From assembly GCA_963770105.1 (NCBI GenBank), contig CAVYOL010000002.1:832646-896645 (forward strand): a stretch of DNA of 64,000 bases. The letters are read 5' to 3'. The DNA is from an uncultured Acidimicrobiia bacterium (lineage in GTDB: Bacteria > Actinomycetota > Acidimicrobiia > IMCC26256 > JAENVU01). Position 1 is the first letter of the stretch. Each line of letters begins with the position of its first letter. A program made the position numbers and the translations under genes. Shown here in pieces: positions 1 through 9,486 of the stretch. Under the pieces are notes generated by a model. It was given only the letters and a program-made list of their open reading frames with translations, did no database searches and was not told where the DNA came from.

Positions 1-1
1 G

Positions 2-67
2 ACCACCGAGAACAACTTCGTCCCGCCCGAGATCCTCGGCGACGTCGCGGCCCAGGCCGAGGGCTAG
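2..67 (+). CDS. 3' end of an unidentified CDS entering from the left window edge
   Basis: The frame is open from position 2 to TAG 65-67. All 21 complete codons end in G or C, which is the coding signature of this genome. Too short to name. Confidence 0.4.
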   Translation, partial: TTENNFVPPEILGDVAAQAEG

Positions 68-108
68 CGACGGATCAGGTCGACGACGCGCGGCGCCGGG
101 AGGAGCGC

Positions 109-1117
109 GTGATCGAGGCGACCGCTCCGGTCCGGATCTGCGACTGCGGTGGGTGGACCGACACGTGGTTCGGCGGCCCGGGCCGCGTGGTGAACATCGC
201 GGTGACGCCGGGAGTCGAGGTGACGATCCGCGCGACCACCGGGCCGGACCCGGTGGTGCTCGACGTCGCCGCGTTCGGCGATCGGTATCCCGTCACGCCG
301 GGCGCGTCGCGCAGCAGTCGGCATCCGCTGCTGGAGGCGGCGATCGACGCCCGGCCACCGCGGGGGGAAGGTCCGGTCGAGGTCCGTGTGCGCTCGACGG
401 TTCCGGCGGGCTGCGGCACGGGCACGTCCGCGGCCGTCGCGGTTGCGCTCCTCGGCGCGCTCGCCGCCGCGCGTGCGGAGGAGCTGTCGCCGCGTGACGT
501 CGCGTACGCCGCCCATCGACTGGAGGTCGAGGTCCTCGGTGCAGAGAGTGGGATCCAGGACCAGCTGAGCTCGGCGTTCGGCGGGATCAGCTTCCTCGAG
601 ATCGAGCGCTACCCGGAGGCAACGGTCACGACGTTGCCGGCGTGGGACGGCCTTGACCCTCACCTGACGTTGGTGTTCCTCGGTCGACCCCACGACTCGT
701 CGAGCGTGCACCGCCAGGTCATCGAGAACGCGGCCGGTCAACGATCGGTCTTCGCCCGCTTGCGGGACGCGGCGCTCTCCGCGCGACGCGGTGGTCGCCT
801 GCGATCTCCGCGCGTTCGGCCGGGCGATGATCGCCAACACGGACGCGCAGCGCGCCTTGCGCCCCGAGCTGGTCGGGACCGACGCCGAGCGGGTCATCGC
901 GGCCGCCGGGGCCGGTGGCGCGATCGGCTGGAAGGTCAACGGGGCCGGTGGCGACGGCGGCTCGCTCACGATCCTGAGTCCCACCCCCGACGTGCGCGTG
1001 GCGCTCGAGCGCCGGATCACGGGCCTCGACCCCGGCTACCGGGTGCTGCCCACCGCCGTCAGCCCCGTCGGTCTGCAGGTCCGCGGCCGGCTGGAGCGCG
1101 GCGGGCCTCGGGCGTGA
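109..1117 (+). pseudogene. GHMP-family sugar kinase, reading frame broken once (real decay or assembly indel)
   Basis: GTG 109 follows GGGAGGAG. Frame 1 gives VRICDCGGWTDTWF and the GHMP phosphate-binding loop PAGCGTGTSAAVAVA. From about 782-790 the sensible sequence continues only in frame 2 (RDAVVACDLRAFGRAM...GWKVNGAGGDGGSL) and ends at TGA 1115-1117. Confidence 0.75.
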
Positions 1118-1140
1118 CCGGTTTCTGGGAGGCTGGCCCG

Positions 1141-3705
1141 ATGGAATGCGTGATGGTCTCGCACACCCACTGGGATCGCGAGTGGTACCGGACGTTCCAG
1201 GCGTTCCGGGCCCGACTCGTGGACACGATCGACCGGGTCCTCGAGCTGCTGGCGATCGACGAGGGCTGGCGCTTCGTGCTCGACGGCCAGGCCGTCGTCC
1301 TGGAGGACTACCTGGAGATCCGCCCCGACCGCCGCGCCGCGCTGGAGGCGGCGTGCCGCTCGGGCCGGCTCGGCATCGGGCCGTGGTACGTGCAGCCCGA
1401 CTCGCTGCTGCCCTCCGGTGAGAGTCACGTGCGCAACCTGTTGGCGGGTCGGCGGGTCGCGGGCGGGTTCGGTCCCGTGTCCCGAGTCGCGTACACGCCC
1501 GACTCGTTCGGTCACCCGGCGCAGTTCCCCCAGCTGTTCGCCGGGTTCGGCCTCGACGGCTTCGTCTACTGGCGCGGCAACGGCAACGAGATCGACCGGC
1601 TCCCCGCGATCTACCGCTGGGTCGGCGCCGACGGCACGTCCGTTCGCGCCCACCACCTCGGCGCGGGCTACTTCGGGGCCGCGTTCCTGCCGACGGATGT
1701 CGATGCGGCAGTGAAGCGCCTGACCCGCGTCGGCAACGCGCTGGCGAAGGCGGGTGGCGACCGGATCCTGTTGATGAACGGCGTCGACCATGCCCCGCCG
1801 GATCCCCACACCGCCGAGGTCGCCGAGGCGCTCGCGGCGGCGACCGGCTGGACGGTGCGCCGCGGCCTGTTCGACGACTTCGTCGACGGGCTCGAGGCGG
1901 GCGAGGCTGAACACCACGGCGAGCTCGTCGGTGGCCGGCTGGCGAACCTGCTCCCCGGCGTCTGGTCGTCCCGGCTCCACCTCAAGCTCGCCGACCGGAC
2001 CGCGGAGGCGGCGCTCGTCGGCTGGACCGAGCCCTGGGCGGCGTTCGGTCGTGCGCTCGGGCTCGCGGACGAGCGACCGTCGCTGCGGGTCGCCTGGCGC
2101 GAGCTGCTCGTGAACCAGGCCCACGACTCGATCGGTGGTTGTTCCGTCGACGCGGTGCACCAACAGATGGAGCCGCGGTACGCGAACGCGATCGAGCTGG
2201 CCCGCGAGACCTCGGCGCGGTTGCTCGAGCGGCTGGCCGGTCTGCCCACCGACCGGGCCCTGCCGTGGACCGACGACACCGACCTCGCGGTGTTCAACCC
2301 GTCCCCGTTTCCTCGCACCGACGTCGTGCGCTTCCCCCTCGACGGCGTCCCCACGTTCCTCGTCACCGACGACAACGCCGACATCCATCCACTCGCCGTC
2401 GCGAGCCTGATGCGCCAGGGGTTCACGGTCGACGGCCAACCGGTGCGGATGGTGCCGGTCGAGGACCCCAACCGGTTCCGGGTGCTGCCCGAGCAGGTGC
2501 CCGCGGATGTGGAGTTCGTCGTCACCGACATCCCGGCGTTCGGATGGCGGCGCGTGCACCTCGAGCCGGCGGACGCCGCGCCCGACCACGTCGACGACGG
2601 CCGGACGATCACGATCGGCGATGTCTCGGTGACCGCCGCGGCGGACGGGACGCTCGCCGTCCGGATGGGGGAGCACCGGTGGGAGCACCTCGCCGCAGTC
2701 GAGGATCTCGCCGATTCGGGGGACACCTACGACTTCGACGGCCTGCCTGACGACGAGCCGGTGACGGCGCCGACGCGGGTCGATGTCGTCCGCCGGCTCG
2801 CGCCGACGGGAGTGGCCGAGCTCGTGGTCACGCGCACGTTCGCGTTGCCCGCGGGGCTCACCGCCGACCGACGGGCGCGCACGGACGCGACGGTCGACTG
2901 CGTGCTCACCACGACGGTGCGGCTCTCGCCGGGGGTCGACCGCGTGGATCTCAGCGTGCGGCTCGACAACGCCGCGCACGATCACCGACTGCGGCTCCGG
3001 TTTCCCAGCGGTGCACCGGTCGACACGTTCCACGCCGCGACCACGTTCGACACCGCGACCCGCACCACAGAGCTCGCCGACGATCGCGGCTGGCAGCACC
3101 GGGCCCCCGCGACCTTCCCGCATCAGGGGTGGGTCGGCGCCAACGACCTCGCGGTCGCTGCGCCCGGGCTTCCCGAAGCCGAGGTCACCGCGTCCGGCAC
3201 GATCGCCGTGACCCTGCTGCGTGCGGTGGGCAACCTCTCGCGCCTCGACCTGCGCTCCCGGCCCGTGCCGGCCGGGCCCGGGCACGTGACGCCCGACGCC
3301 CAGTGCATCGGAGCGATGACCGCGCGGCTCGCGCTCTTCGCAGGAGACGCGGACCCGGCGGTCATCCGCAGCGCCGAGCTGGGCCTCCGCGCGGTCCCCG
3401 CCGGCGACCTCCCGTTGCTGGCTGCCGACGCACCGCTCTTCGAGCTCGAGGGAGTCGCCGTCCTCTCCGCCCTGAAGCCGGCGGAGCACGGCGACGGGCT
3501 CGTCGTCCGGATCCTGAACCCGACCGATGTCGCCGGGCCCACGACCCTGCGGTTCGGGCTCCCCGTCGACACGTTCATCGACGCGAACCTCGACGAGACG
3601 CCGAGGTCGGAGACCCCGCTGCCGGCCGCGGACGGCGTGCTGACCCTCGAGGTCGGGCCGCACCAGCTGCGCACGATCCTGGTGTCGGGCCTAGGCCGAT
3701 CCTGA
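1141..3705 (+). CDS. GH38 alpha-mannosidase (mannosylglycerate-hydrolase-like)
   Basis: ATG 1141 lies a few nt after GGGAGG. Motifs VSHTHWDREWY, GPWYVQPD, TPDSFGHPAQ and NQAHDSIGGC are typical of the GH38 N-terminal/central domains. It shares a frame with the kinase remnant, which is why the track shows one 1198-aa ORF. Confidence 0.85.
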   Translation: MECVMVSHTHWDREWYRTFQAFRARLVDTIDRVLELLAIDEGWRFVLDGQAVVLEDYLEIRPDRRAALEAACRSGRLGIGPWYVQPDSLLPSGESHVRNLLAGRRVAGGFGPVSRVAYTPDSFGHPAQFPQLFAGFGLDGFVYWRGNGNEIDRLPAIYRWVGADGTSVRAHHLGAGYFGAAFLPTDVDAAVKRLTRVGNALAKAGGDRILLMNGVDHAPPDPHTAEVAEALAAATGWTVRRGLFDDFVDGLEAGEAEHHGELVGGRLANLLPGVWSSRLHLKLADRTAEAALVGWTEPWAAFGRALGLADERPSLRVAWRELLVNQAHDSIGGCSVDAVHQQMEPRYANAIELARETSARLLERLAGLPTDRALPWTDDTDLAVFNPSPFPRTDVVRFPLDGVPTFLVTDDNADIHPLAVASLMRQGFTVDGQPVRMVPVEDPNRFRVLPEQVPADVEFVVTDIPAFGWRRVHLEPADAAPDHVDDGRTITIGDVSVTAAADGTLAVRMGEHRWEHLAAVEDLADSGDTYDFDGLPDDEPVTAPTRVDVVRRLAPTGVAELVVTRTFALPAGLTADRRARTDATVDCVLTTTVRLSPGVDRVDLSVRLDNAAHDHRLRLRFPSGAPVDTFHAATTFDTATRTTELADDRGWQHRAPATFPHQGWVGANDLAVAAPGLPEAEVTASGTIAVTLLRAVGNLSRLDLRSRPVPAGPGHVTPDAQCIGAMTARLALFAGDADPAVIRSAELGLRAVPAGDLPLLAADAPLFELEGVAVLSALKPAEHGDGLVVRILNPTDVAGPTTLRFGLPVDTFIDANLDETPRSETPLPAADGVLTLEVGPHQLRTILVSGLGRS

Positions 3706-4410
3706 GCCGGCCGACGTCGGAGTCACGGAGAGCCCGTAGGAGAGCGACGAGTACCAGTCGCCCCGGCCCTGGGGCGTCAGGTCGAGGAGGTGCCAGGTCG
3801 CGCACAGCAGGTCGATCCCGCGCTCCCGGATCTCCGCGGACATCGACGGCCGGGCGGTGTAGGTGTGGTGCACGCCTCCCGCGTCGAGTCCGAAGACCGA
3901 GACGGTGGAGTCCTGCACGCCGTCGAGCTCTTCGCTCCGCAGGTCGTACTTGAAGCTGTTGTCGCCACAGCTCAGCAGCCGGAGCCGGTCCCAGCCGCGG
4001 TTCCGCGCGTGCTCCCGCAACGGGACGGGATCGGCCGCGGCGACGACCACGAAGTCGACGTTCTGCGCGAGATGCTGCGCGATGCCGTTGAAGCCGTCGA
4101 TCCACTGCGTGCACATCGGACACGGCTCGGTCTCGGCCTTGCCGAACATCAGGTGGTACACGACGAGCGGTCGTCCGGGCGCGGTGAACAGCTCGCTCAG
4201 GCGGACGGGGCGCACCGGGTCATCGCCGTCGTCGAGCGACCGGGGGCCCTCGAGGAAGACGTAGTCCTCGACCAGCGGGCCGTCGGGGAGGGCGCGTCGC
4301 ATCGCCGCGACGCGTTCGCGGTGCTGCATCAGCTCGATCTCGGCGAGCCGCAGCTCCTCACGGGCGGCGACGTACTCGACGGACTCCTGTGCGAGACGGG
4401 TGTACTCCAT
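3691..4410 (-). CDS. DUF899 thioredoxin-like family protein
   Basis: 239 aa with the family pattern ...LVVYHLMFG...EPCPMCTQWIDGFNG...VVVAAADP. It converges on the mannosidase gene and overlaps it by 15 nt. It is the last gene of the arsR-SRPBCC-DUF899 string. Confidence 0.8.
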   Translation of the reverse strand: MEYTRLAQESVEYVAAREELRLAEIELMQHRERVAAMRRALPDGPLVEDYVFLEGPRSLDDGDDPVRPVRLSELFTAPGRPLVVYHLMFGKAETEPCPMCTQWIDGFNGIAQHLAQNVDFVVVAAADPVPLREHARNRGWDRLRLLSCGDNSFKYDLRSEELDGVQDSTVSVFGLDAGGVHHTYTARPSMSAEIRERGIDLLCATWHLLDLTPQGRGDWYSSLSYGLSVTPTSAGSGSA

Positions 4411-4451
4411 GGCTCACCTGACCGATCCGGGTTGAAGGTTGTGGGGCCGCT

Positions 4452-4853
4452 TCACGTGACGGTGCTCACGACGGTGGACAGGTCGCGCAGCTTGCCGACC
4501 CATCCACTGTCGAACTTTGCTCGGGGATCGAGCGGAAGATCGGCGTGCTCGAGGTGGAGCACGGTCCCGGTGCCGTCCCGACGCAAGGTGATCGTGACGG
4601 TGGTCGCGGCGCCGTCGATCATCCAACGCCAACGAATGCGTTGGGGCGGATCGAGCTCGAGCACCTCGGCGTCGATGCGCCCGCTCGGCCGTCCGGCGTC
4701 GAAGAAGGAGAAGCGGTGCCCGACGACCGGTTCGAAGTCGTTGGGCATCAACCAGATCGCGAGCTCGTCGGGGCTCACGATGGCGTTCCAGACCCGCTCG
4801 ATCGGGTGCTCGAAGCGGGCTTCGTGGACGACGACACCGTCTCCGGTGATCAC
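4452..4853 (-). CDS. SRPBCC (Aha1/activator-of-Hsp90-ATPase-like) domain protein
   Basis: GTG 4853 overlaps the upstream arsR stop (GTGA). The sequence FEHPIERVWNAIVSPDELAIWLMPNDFEPVVGHRF fits the SRPBCC/Aha1-like fold pattern. Confidence 0.7.
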   Translation of the reverse strand: MITGDGVVVHEARFEHPIERVWNAIVSPDELAIWLMPNDFEPVVGHRFSFFDAGRPSGRIDAEVLELDPPQRIRWRWMIDGAATTVTITLRRDGTGTVLHLEHADLPLDPRAKFDSGWVGKLRDLSTVVSTVT

Positions 4854-5179
4854 GCGGGCCCGTCCAGGTGTGCCGCCAGGCGGTCGAGCGAGCCGGCCCA
4901 GAACGCATCGAGCTCCGCCAGCCATCGATCGATGTCGCGCAGACCGTCGCGTCGCAACGAGTAGTACCGCTCGCGACCGTCGCGCCGCTCGGTGACGGCT
5001 CCTGCGGTGAGCATCATCCGCAGGTGCTGCGACGTGGCCGAGCGACTGACGGGGAGGTCGAGCGCCAGATCCGTCACGCGCCGCTCACCCCGGCTGAGCC
5101 GGGCGAGGAGCTCGCGCCGGACCGGGTGCGCCAGGACGGCGAACGCGTCCTCCATGACCGGCGCGCCCGCTCGACCCAT
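4850..5179 (-). CDS. ArsR/SmtB-family winged-HTH transcriptional regulator
   Basis: LAHPVRRELLARL...RVTDLALDLPVSRSATSQHLRML...RERYYSL matches the family. ATG 5155 (MEDAF...) is an alternative start. Confidence 0.8.
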   Translation of the reverse strand: MGRAGAPVMEDAFAVLAHPVRRELLARLSRGERRVTDLALDLPVSRSATSQHLRMMLTAGAVTERRDGRERYYSLRRDGLRDIDRWLAELDAFWAGSLDRLAAHLDGPA

Positions 5180-5233
5180 GCCTGCAGAATACGTTAGGAG
5201 AATCTAACGAGTCAACGGGCGTAGGTTCCGGAG

Positions 5234-5476
5234 GTGAGGCTCCGACTCGGCGTCGTCCTGTGGCTGCTGTCCTGGGTCCCGTACGGGATCATCCTCGGGC
5301 TCGACGGCACCGCGCTGACGCTGGCCTGGGGGTTCGAGATCCTGTTGGGGATCGTGGGGCTCGCGCTCGCCGGCACGGAGTTCGCCCAGGCGGTCAAGGC
5401 GAAGGGGTGGAAGCGCGCGCCGGGGGTGGCCTGGCACGCGCTGCGCCACGGACGTGACGTCGAAGCTGTCGTCTGA
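5234..5476 (+). CDS. small membrane protein (2 TM), unknown function
   Basis: 80 aa with high GC3 in frame and two hydrophobic helices (VVLWLLSWVPYGIILGL, ILLGIVGLALAG). Confidence 0.55.
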   Translation: MRLRLGVVLWLLSWVPYGIILGLDGTALTLAWGFEILLGIVGLALAGTEFAQAVKAKGWKRAPGVAWHALRHGRDVEAVV

Positions 5477-5530
5477 ACCCCCGGCCGTGCAGGCTCGACT
5501 GCCGACCGGCGGCGTGGGCAGACTGACCGC

Positions 5531-5999
5531 ATGGCCAACCTCCAGTTCTCCGACTCGATCGTCGTCGCGCGCCCGGCCGAGGAGCTGTACGACATGGTCG
5601 CCGACGTCACCCGCATGGGGGAGTGGAGCCCCGTCTGCAAGGAGTGCTGGTGGGAGGACGACGACGGCGGCCCGCGTGTCGGGTCGTGGTTCGTCGGCCG
5701 CAACGTCCTGCCCGATCGGACGTGGAAGACCCGCTCGGAGGTCGTGGCGGCGGATCGGGGTCACGAGTTCGCGTTCATCGTCGGCGGCTCGTACGTCCGC
5801 TGGGGTTATCGCTTCGAGCCGGCGGACGGAGCCACGGTCATCACCGAGTCCTGGGAGATGCTGCCCGACATCCACGCGTTGTTCGTCGAGCGGTTCGGTG
5901 ACGGTGCGGCGGAGCAGGTCGCCGATCGGCAGGAGGCCGCGCGCGACGGGGATCCCGGCGACCCTGGCCGCGATCAAGCAGGCCGCGGAACGCGCCTGA
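5531..5999 (+). pseudogene. SRPBCC family protein (polyketide cyclase/dehydrase-like), one frame break near the 3' end
   Basis: SIVVARPAEELYDMVADVTRMGEWSPVC... is SRPBCC-like. At about 5950, inside GGGGATC, the plausible C-terminus (GIPATLAAIKQAAERA, stop 5997-5999) moves to another frame. Confidence 0.7.
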
Positions 6000-6002
6000 G
6001 CG

Positions 6003-6677
6003 TCACGTCGTGAGCTGGATGACGCCATCGACGATGAGGACGATGCCGAGCACCGCCGACGGGTAGAAGGTGAGCGGTTCACGGTGGGCGCTGATCCAGG
6101 CCTGCGCACTGGTGATCCACTCCGTCGCGCGGTGCCCGAAGACGACGTACAGGACCACCGGGATCCAGACGAGCATGGTGGCGACGACCACGTAGAGCAC
6201 CGCGAGGGCGACCTCCTCGCCTCCGTGCAGCTCGGCCGAGCTGACGGCCGCAGTGACAACAAGCGTGATGCCGAGCCGCTTCGGACCGCCGATGCCCAGC
6301 GCGCTGCCCGTCGCGAGCGCGGTCGAGGGTCGCAGGTTCGACAGCCGGGCTCGGAACGCTTCGGTCCGGGGGCCCGGGGTGCGGGGCCTTACGTTGCGTT
6401 CGCGTCGGCGCAGGTACCCGGCCGCGACGAGCAGCGCCGCGCCGAAGGCGATCGTCAGCCACGACTGCAGCGTCGCGTGGTGCTGGTCGCGCCCGGGGAA
6501 CGACAGATTGCCGATGGCGAGGGCGAGAAAGCAGAACACGGCCTGGCCCGCGACGAAGCCGATCGCGAAGGCGCTGCCGTTGAGTCGGCCGCGGCCACTG
6601 GTCAGGACGACGAGCACCGCGGCGAGCGCGAGCGGGCTCGTTGCCGCGACCAGTGCGAAGAGCACGACGCGGAACAC
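6003..6677 (-). CDS. GAP-family / LysE-like integral membrane protein
   Basis: 224 aa with about six hydrophobic segments and a central Arg-rich loop. The layout resembles actinobacterial GAP-family membrane proteins. The function assignment is weak. Confidence 0.55.
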   Translation of the reverse strand: MFRVVLFALVAATSPLALAAVLVVLTSGRGRLNGSAFAIGFVAGQAVFCFLALAIGNLSFPGRDQHHATLQSWLTIAFGAALLVAAGYLRRRERNVRPRTPGPRTEAFRARLSNLRPSTALATGSALGIGGPKRLGITLVVTAAVSSAELHGGEEVALAVLYVVVATMLVWIPVVLYVVFGHRATEWITSAQAWISAHREPLTFYPSAVLGIVLIVDGVIQLTT

Positions 6678-6781
6678 GAGGTCGGTCGAGGGAAAGGTGG
6701 GCGTGGGGGAGTTCTAGCAACTGCGGTCCCGGAGGCCCGCCCTCTGGCTCTGCGGCGCCGGCCGAGGGTTAGCGTCGCCGC

Positions 6782-7372
6782 ATGCCCTCCGTGCGGCTCG
6801 CCACCGAGTCCGACCGGCCGCAGGTCCTGGCCACGCTGACCGACGCGTTCGCCGTGGATCCGGTCATTCGCTGGTTCTTCCCTGATGACACCTACCCGGC
6901 CCGCGCCGCGGCGTTCTTCGGCTTCCTCTTCGACGTCCGGGTGGAGGCCGGCGGCGCGTGGGTGATCGACGGGTGCGCATCCACCGCGTTGTGGTCGCCG
7001 CCGGACGCCTCGGCGCTCGAATGGGAGGACCGGGCGTGGGGCGAGGTCGCGGCCGAGCTCACCGCCGCGGAGATCGACCGCTGTGACCGGTGGGACGCCG
7101 CCGTCGCGCCGCACCATCCGGCCACCGAGCACTGGTACCTCGGGGTGCTCGGCACCGCGAGCGCGCATCAGGGTCGAGGGTTAGGTCCCGCGGTCGCGCG
7201 GCCCGGACTCGAAGCCGCGGCTCGCGCCGACCTCCCGGCGTTCCTCGAGACCGGGGTCGAGCGCAACGTCGCGCTGTACGAGCGGATGGGCTTCGTCGTG
7301 ACAGGGTGCATCGAGTCGCCCGGCCTTCCGGCCGGGTGGTGCCTCCGTCGGGACCCGGCGGCGCTCGAGTAG
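6782..7372 (+). CDS. GNAT-family N-acetyltransferase
   Basis: 196 aa with the acetyl-CoA-binding motif HQGRGLGPAV and a C-terminal ...YERMGF pattern. Confidence 0.7.
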   Translation: MPSVRLATESDRPQVLATLTDAFAVDPVIRWFFPDDTYPARAAAFFGFLFDVRVEAGGAWVIDGCASTALWSPPDASALEWEDRAWGEVAAELTAAEIDRCDRWDAAVAPHHPATEHWYLGVLGTASAHQGRGLGPAVARPGLEAAARADLPAFLETGVERNVALYERMGFVVTGCIESPGLPAGWCLRRDPAALE

Positions 7373-7387
7373 GTCGGGAGCACAACC

Positions 7388-7675
7388 GTGGGCGAGATCG
7401 GCATCGCCGTCGTAGTCATCGCCGTGGCCCTCGTCTCGTATCAGCGCGGCCGTCGATCGGGCACGTGGTCGTGGCTGGAGTTCGGCAAGGCCATGATCGG
7501 TGCGCTGGTGCTGGTCGCGATCGTCGTTCCGCTGGCGTTGCTGATCGCCGACGCCTCGGGCCCGGACCAGGCCGGAATCGCCACCGTCGCGATCGTGGCC
7601 CTGGCGCTCGGTGGATCGTTCGCGCTCGCCATCTGGATGAAGCGGCGCAAGGCGGGTCCCGCCGGGCCGGGCTGA
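7388..7675 (+). CDS. small membrane protein (3 TM), unknown function
   Basis: 95 aa with a GTG start, three hydrophobic helices and a basic tail (KRRKAGPAGPG). Confidence 0.5.
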   Translation: MGEIGIAVVVIAVALVSYQRGRRSGTWSWLEFGKAMIGALVLVAIVVPLALLIADASGPDQAGIATVAIVALALGGSFALAIWMKRRKAGPAGPG

Positions 7676-7769
7676 GCGCCGGACCGCGGCTGCTCATCGG
7701 AGCCTCGTCGTCGGTTGACCGTCGCTTCACATTCCGGGTCTACCGTGATCGTGAACGGAAGGCGCCACC

Positions 7770-7994
7770 ATGCAGCACACGAACGCACGAACCATCATCC
7801 GGAGCGTCATCGCCGTCATCCTCGTCGTGCTCGGCATCGGCGCACTGAGCGGTGGCCGGGTGATCGTCGGTGTCCTGCTGCTCGCCCTGGCCGCATGCAA
7901 CGTCACGCTCACCGTCATGATGCGGCGCCGGCGAGCCGAGCTCCTCCGGCGCTTCCCCAACTACGCGACGCGAGGCACGAGCTCCCCGTCTTGA
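7770..7994 (+). CDS. small membrane protein (2 TM), unknown function
   Basis: 74 aa with very high GC3 in frame and two hydrophobic helices followed by RRRRAELLRRF. Confidence 0.5.
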   Translation: MQHTNARTIIRSVIAVILVVLGIGALSGGRVIVGVLLLALAACNVTLTVMMRRRRAELLRRFPNYATRGTSSPS

Positions 7995-8025
7995 CCGCGG
8001 GGCCGCGAACTGCTCCCATCGGCCC

Positions 8026-9384
8026 GTGTCCCCACTGCAGCACGACCCCGACCTCGAGCCGCTAAGCGTCCGTCGGGCCCGGGGCAAGGCGGCGCGCGAG
8101 CTCGCGCCGCTGCGCGGCCTCGGCGTCTGGCGCTCCGACGACCGGCGCGACGCCCTCGCGACGATCGTCGGGCAGAGCGCGACGCGTGTGCCGGAGCTGG
8201 TCCCGCTCCGGCACGGCCGGATGGCCGCGTCGCCGTGGAGCTACTACCGAGGTGCCGCGGCGGTGATGGCCCGGGACCTCGGGTCGATGTCGAACAGCGG
8301 CATCGAGGTGCAGCTCTGTGGTGACGCGCACGTACTGAACTTCGGGCTCTGGGCCACGCCGGAACGGAACCTCTCGTTCGACCTGCGGGACTTCGACGAG
8401 ACCCTTCCCGGCCCGTTCGAGTGGGACGTCCAGCGGTTCGCCGCCAGCCTCATCGTGGTGGCGCGCCACAACGGACTCGCCCCCGCGATCGGCGACGACG
8501 CGGTCGCGGCCGCGCTCCGGGCGTATCGGACGCGCATGGCGCACTACGCCACCGCGCCGCAGATGGAGATCTGGTACGAGAGCATCTACGTCGACCAGCT
8601 GCTCGAGTTCTTCGAAGGCAAGCAACGCAAGCGCGTGTCGAAGCTCATCGACAAGCAGGGGGAGCGCCGCACCAGTCGCGGCGCCTTCGAGAAGCTGACG
8701 CACGTCGTCGACGGTCACCGCCGGCTCATGGAGAACCCGCCGAAGCTGACCCACTTCGACGATCCGCACCGGCTCGAGATCGTGCACGAGGTCTTCGGCA
8801 AGTACGCGGCAACGCTCCAGGCCGATCGCCGGCACTGCCTGGGGAACTTCGCGTACGTCGACACCGCGCGCCAGGTGGTCGGTGTCGGGAGCGTGGGCAT
8901 GCTGGTGTACCTGCTCCTGCTCGAGGGGCGCGGCGGTGGTGATCCGCTCTTCCTGCAGGTCAAGCAGGCCGTCCCGTCGGTGTACGAGGCGCAGCTTCGG
9001 AGCAGCCGCTATCGCAACCACGGCGCGCGCGTCGTGAACGGCAAGCGGCTGATCCAGAGCGCGACCGACATCTTCGTGGGGTGGACGTCGTACGAGGGGA
9101 TGGACTTCTACGTCCGACAGTTCCGCGACATGAAGATCATCCCGGACAGCGAACGCGTCGCGCCCGGGCTGGTGCGCTTCGCGACCGCGTGCGGCGAGGT
9201 GCTCGCGCGATCCCACGCCCGTACGGGTGATCCGGCGACGATCGCGGGATACATCGGCAAGGGCGCGCGCTTCGACGAGGCGATCGGCGACTTCGCCCGC
9301 CGCTACGCCGACCAGACGGAGCGCGACCACGCGCAGCTCGTCGACGCGATCGCTCGGGGCGAGGTCGCCGCCGAATCCGGCTGA
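8026..9384 (+). CDS. DUF2252 domain-containing protein
   Basis: 452 aa. The strings RVPELVPLRHGRMAASPWSYYRGAA, CGDAHVLNFG and DLRDFDET are characteristic of DUF2252. Confidence 0.8.
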   Translation: MSPLQHDPDLEPLSVRRARGKAARELAPLRGLGVWRSDDRRDALATIVGQSATRVPELVPLRHGRMAASPWSYYRGAAAVMARDLGSMSNSGIEVQLCGDAHVLNFGLWATPERNLSFDLRDFDETLPGPFEWDVQRFAASLIVVARHNGLAPAIGDDAVAAALRAYRTRMAHYATAPQMEIWYESIYVDQLLEFFEGKQRKRVSKLIDKQGERRTSRGAFEKLTHVVDGHRRLMENPPKLTHFDDPHRLEIVHEVFGKYAATLQADRRHCLGNFAYVDTARQVVGVGSVGMLVYLLLLEGRGGGDPLFLQVKQAVPSVYEAQLRSSRYRNHGARVVNGKRLIQSATDIFVGWTSYEGMDFYVRQFRDMKIIPDSERVAPGLVRFATACGEVLARSHARTGDPATIAGYIGKGARFDEAIGDFARRYADQTERDHAQLVDAIARGEVAAESG

Positions 9385-9486
9385 TCCGGCCTCATCCGGA
9401 GCGCCGGGCCGGCGGAATGTCCGGAACCACCCGGTACCAGCGGCGCGCATTTCAAGTTTTCGGGCCCAGGTGTCGAACGCGCTCGA

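Noticed and set aside
109-3705. Single 1198-aa ORF in the track, suggesting a kinase-mannosidase fusion protein
   Set aside because: The middle 120 residues are Arg/Pro-rich nonsense. The kinase continues sensibly in another frame to a stop at 1117. The mannosidase has its own Shine-Dalgarno sequence and ATG at 1141. The fusion is a by-product of a frameshift together with a stop-free GC-rich frame.
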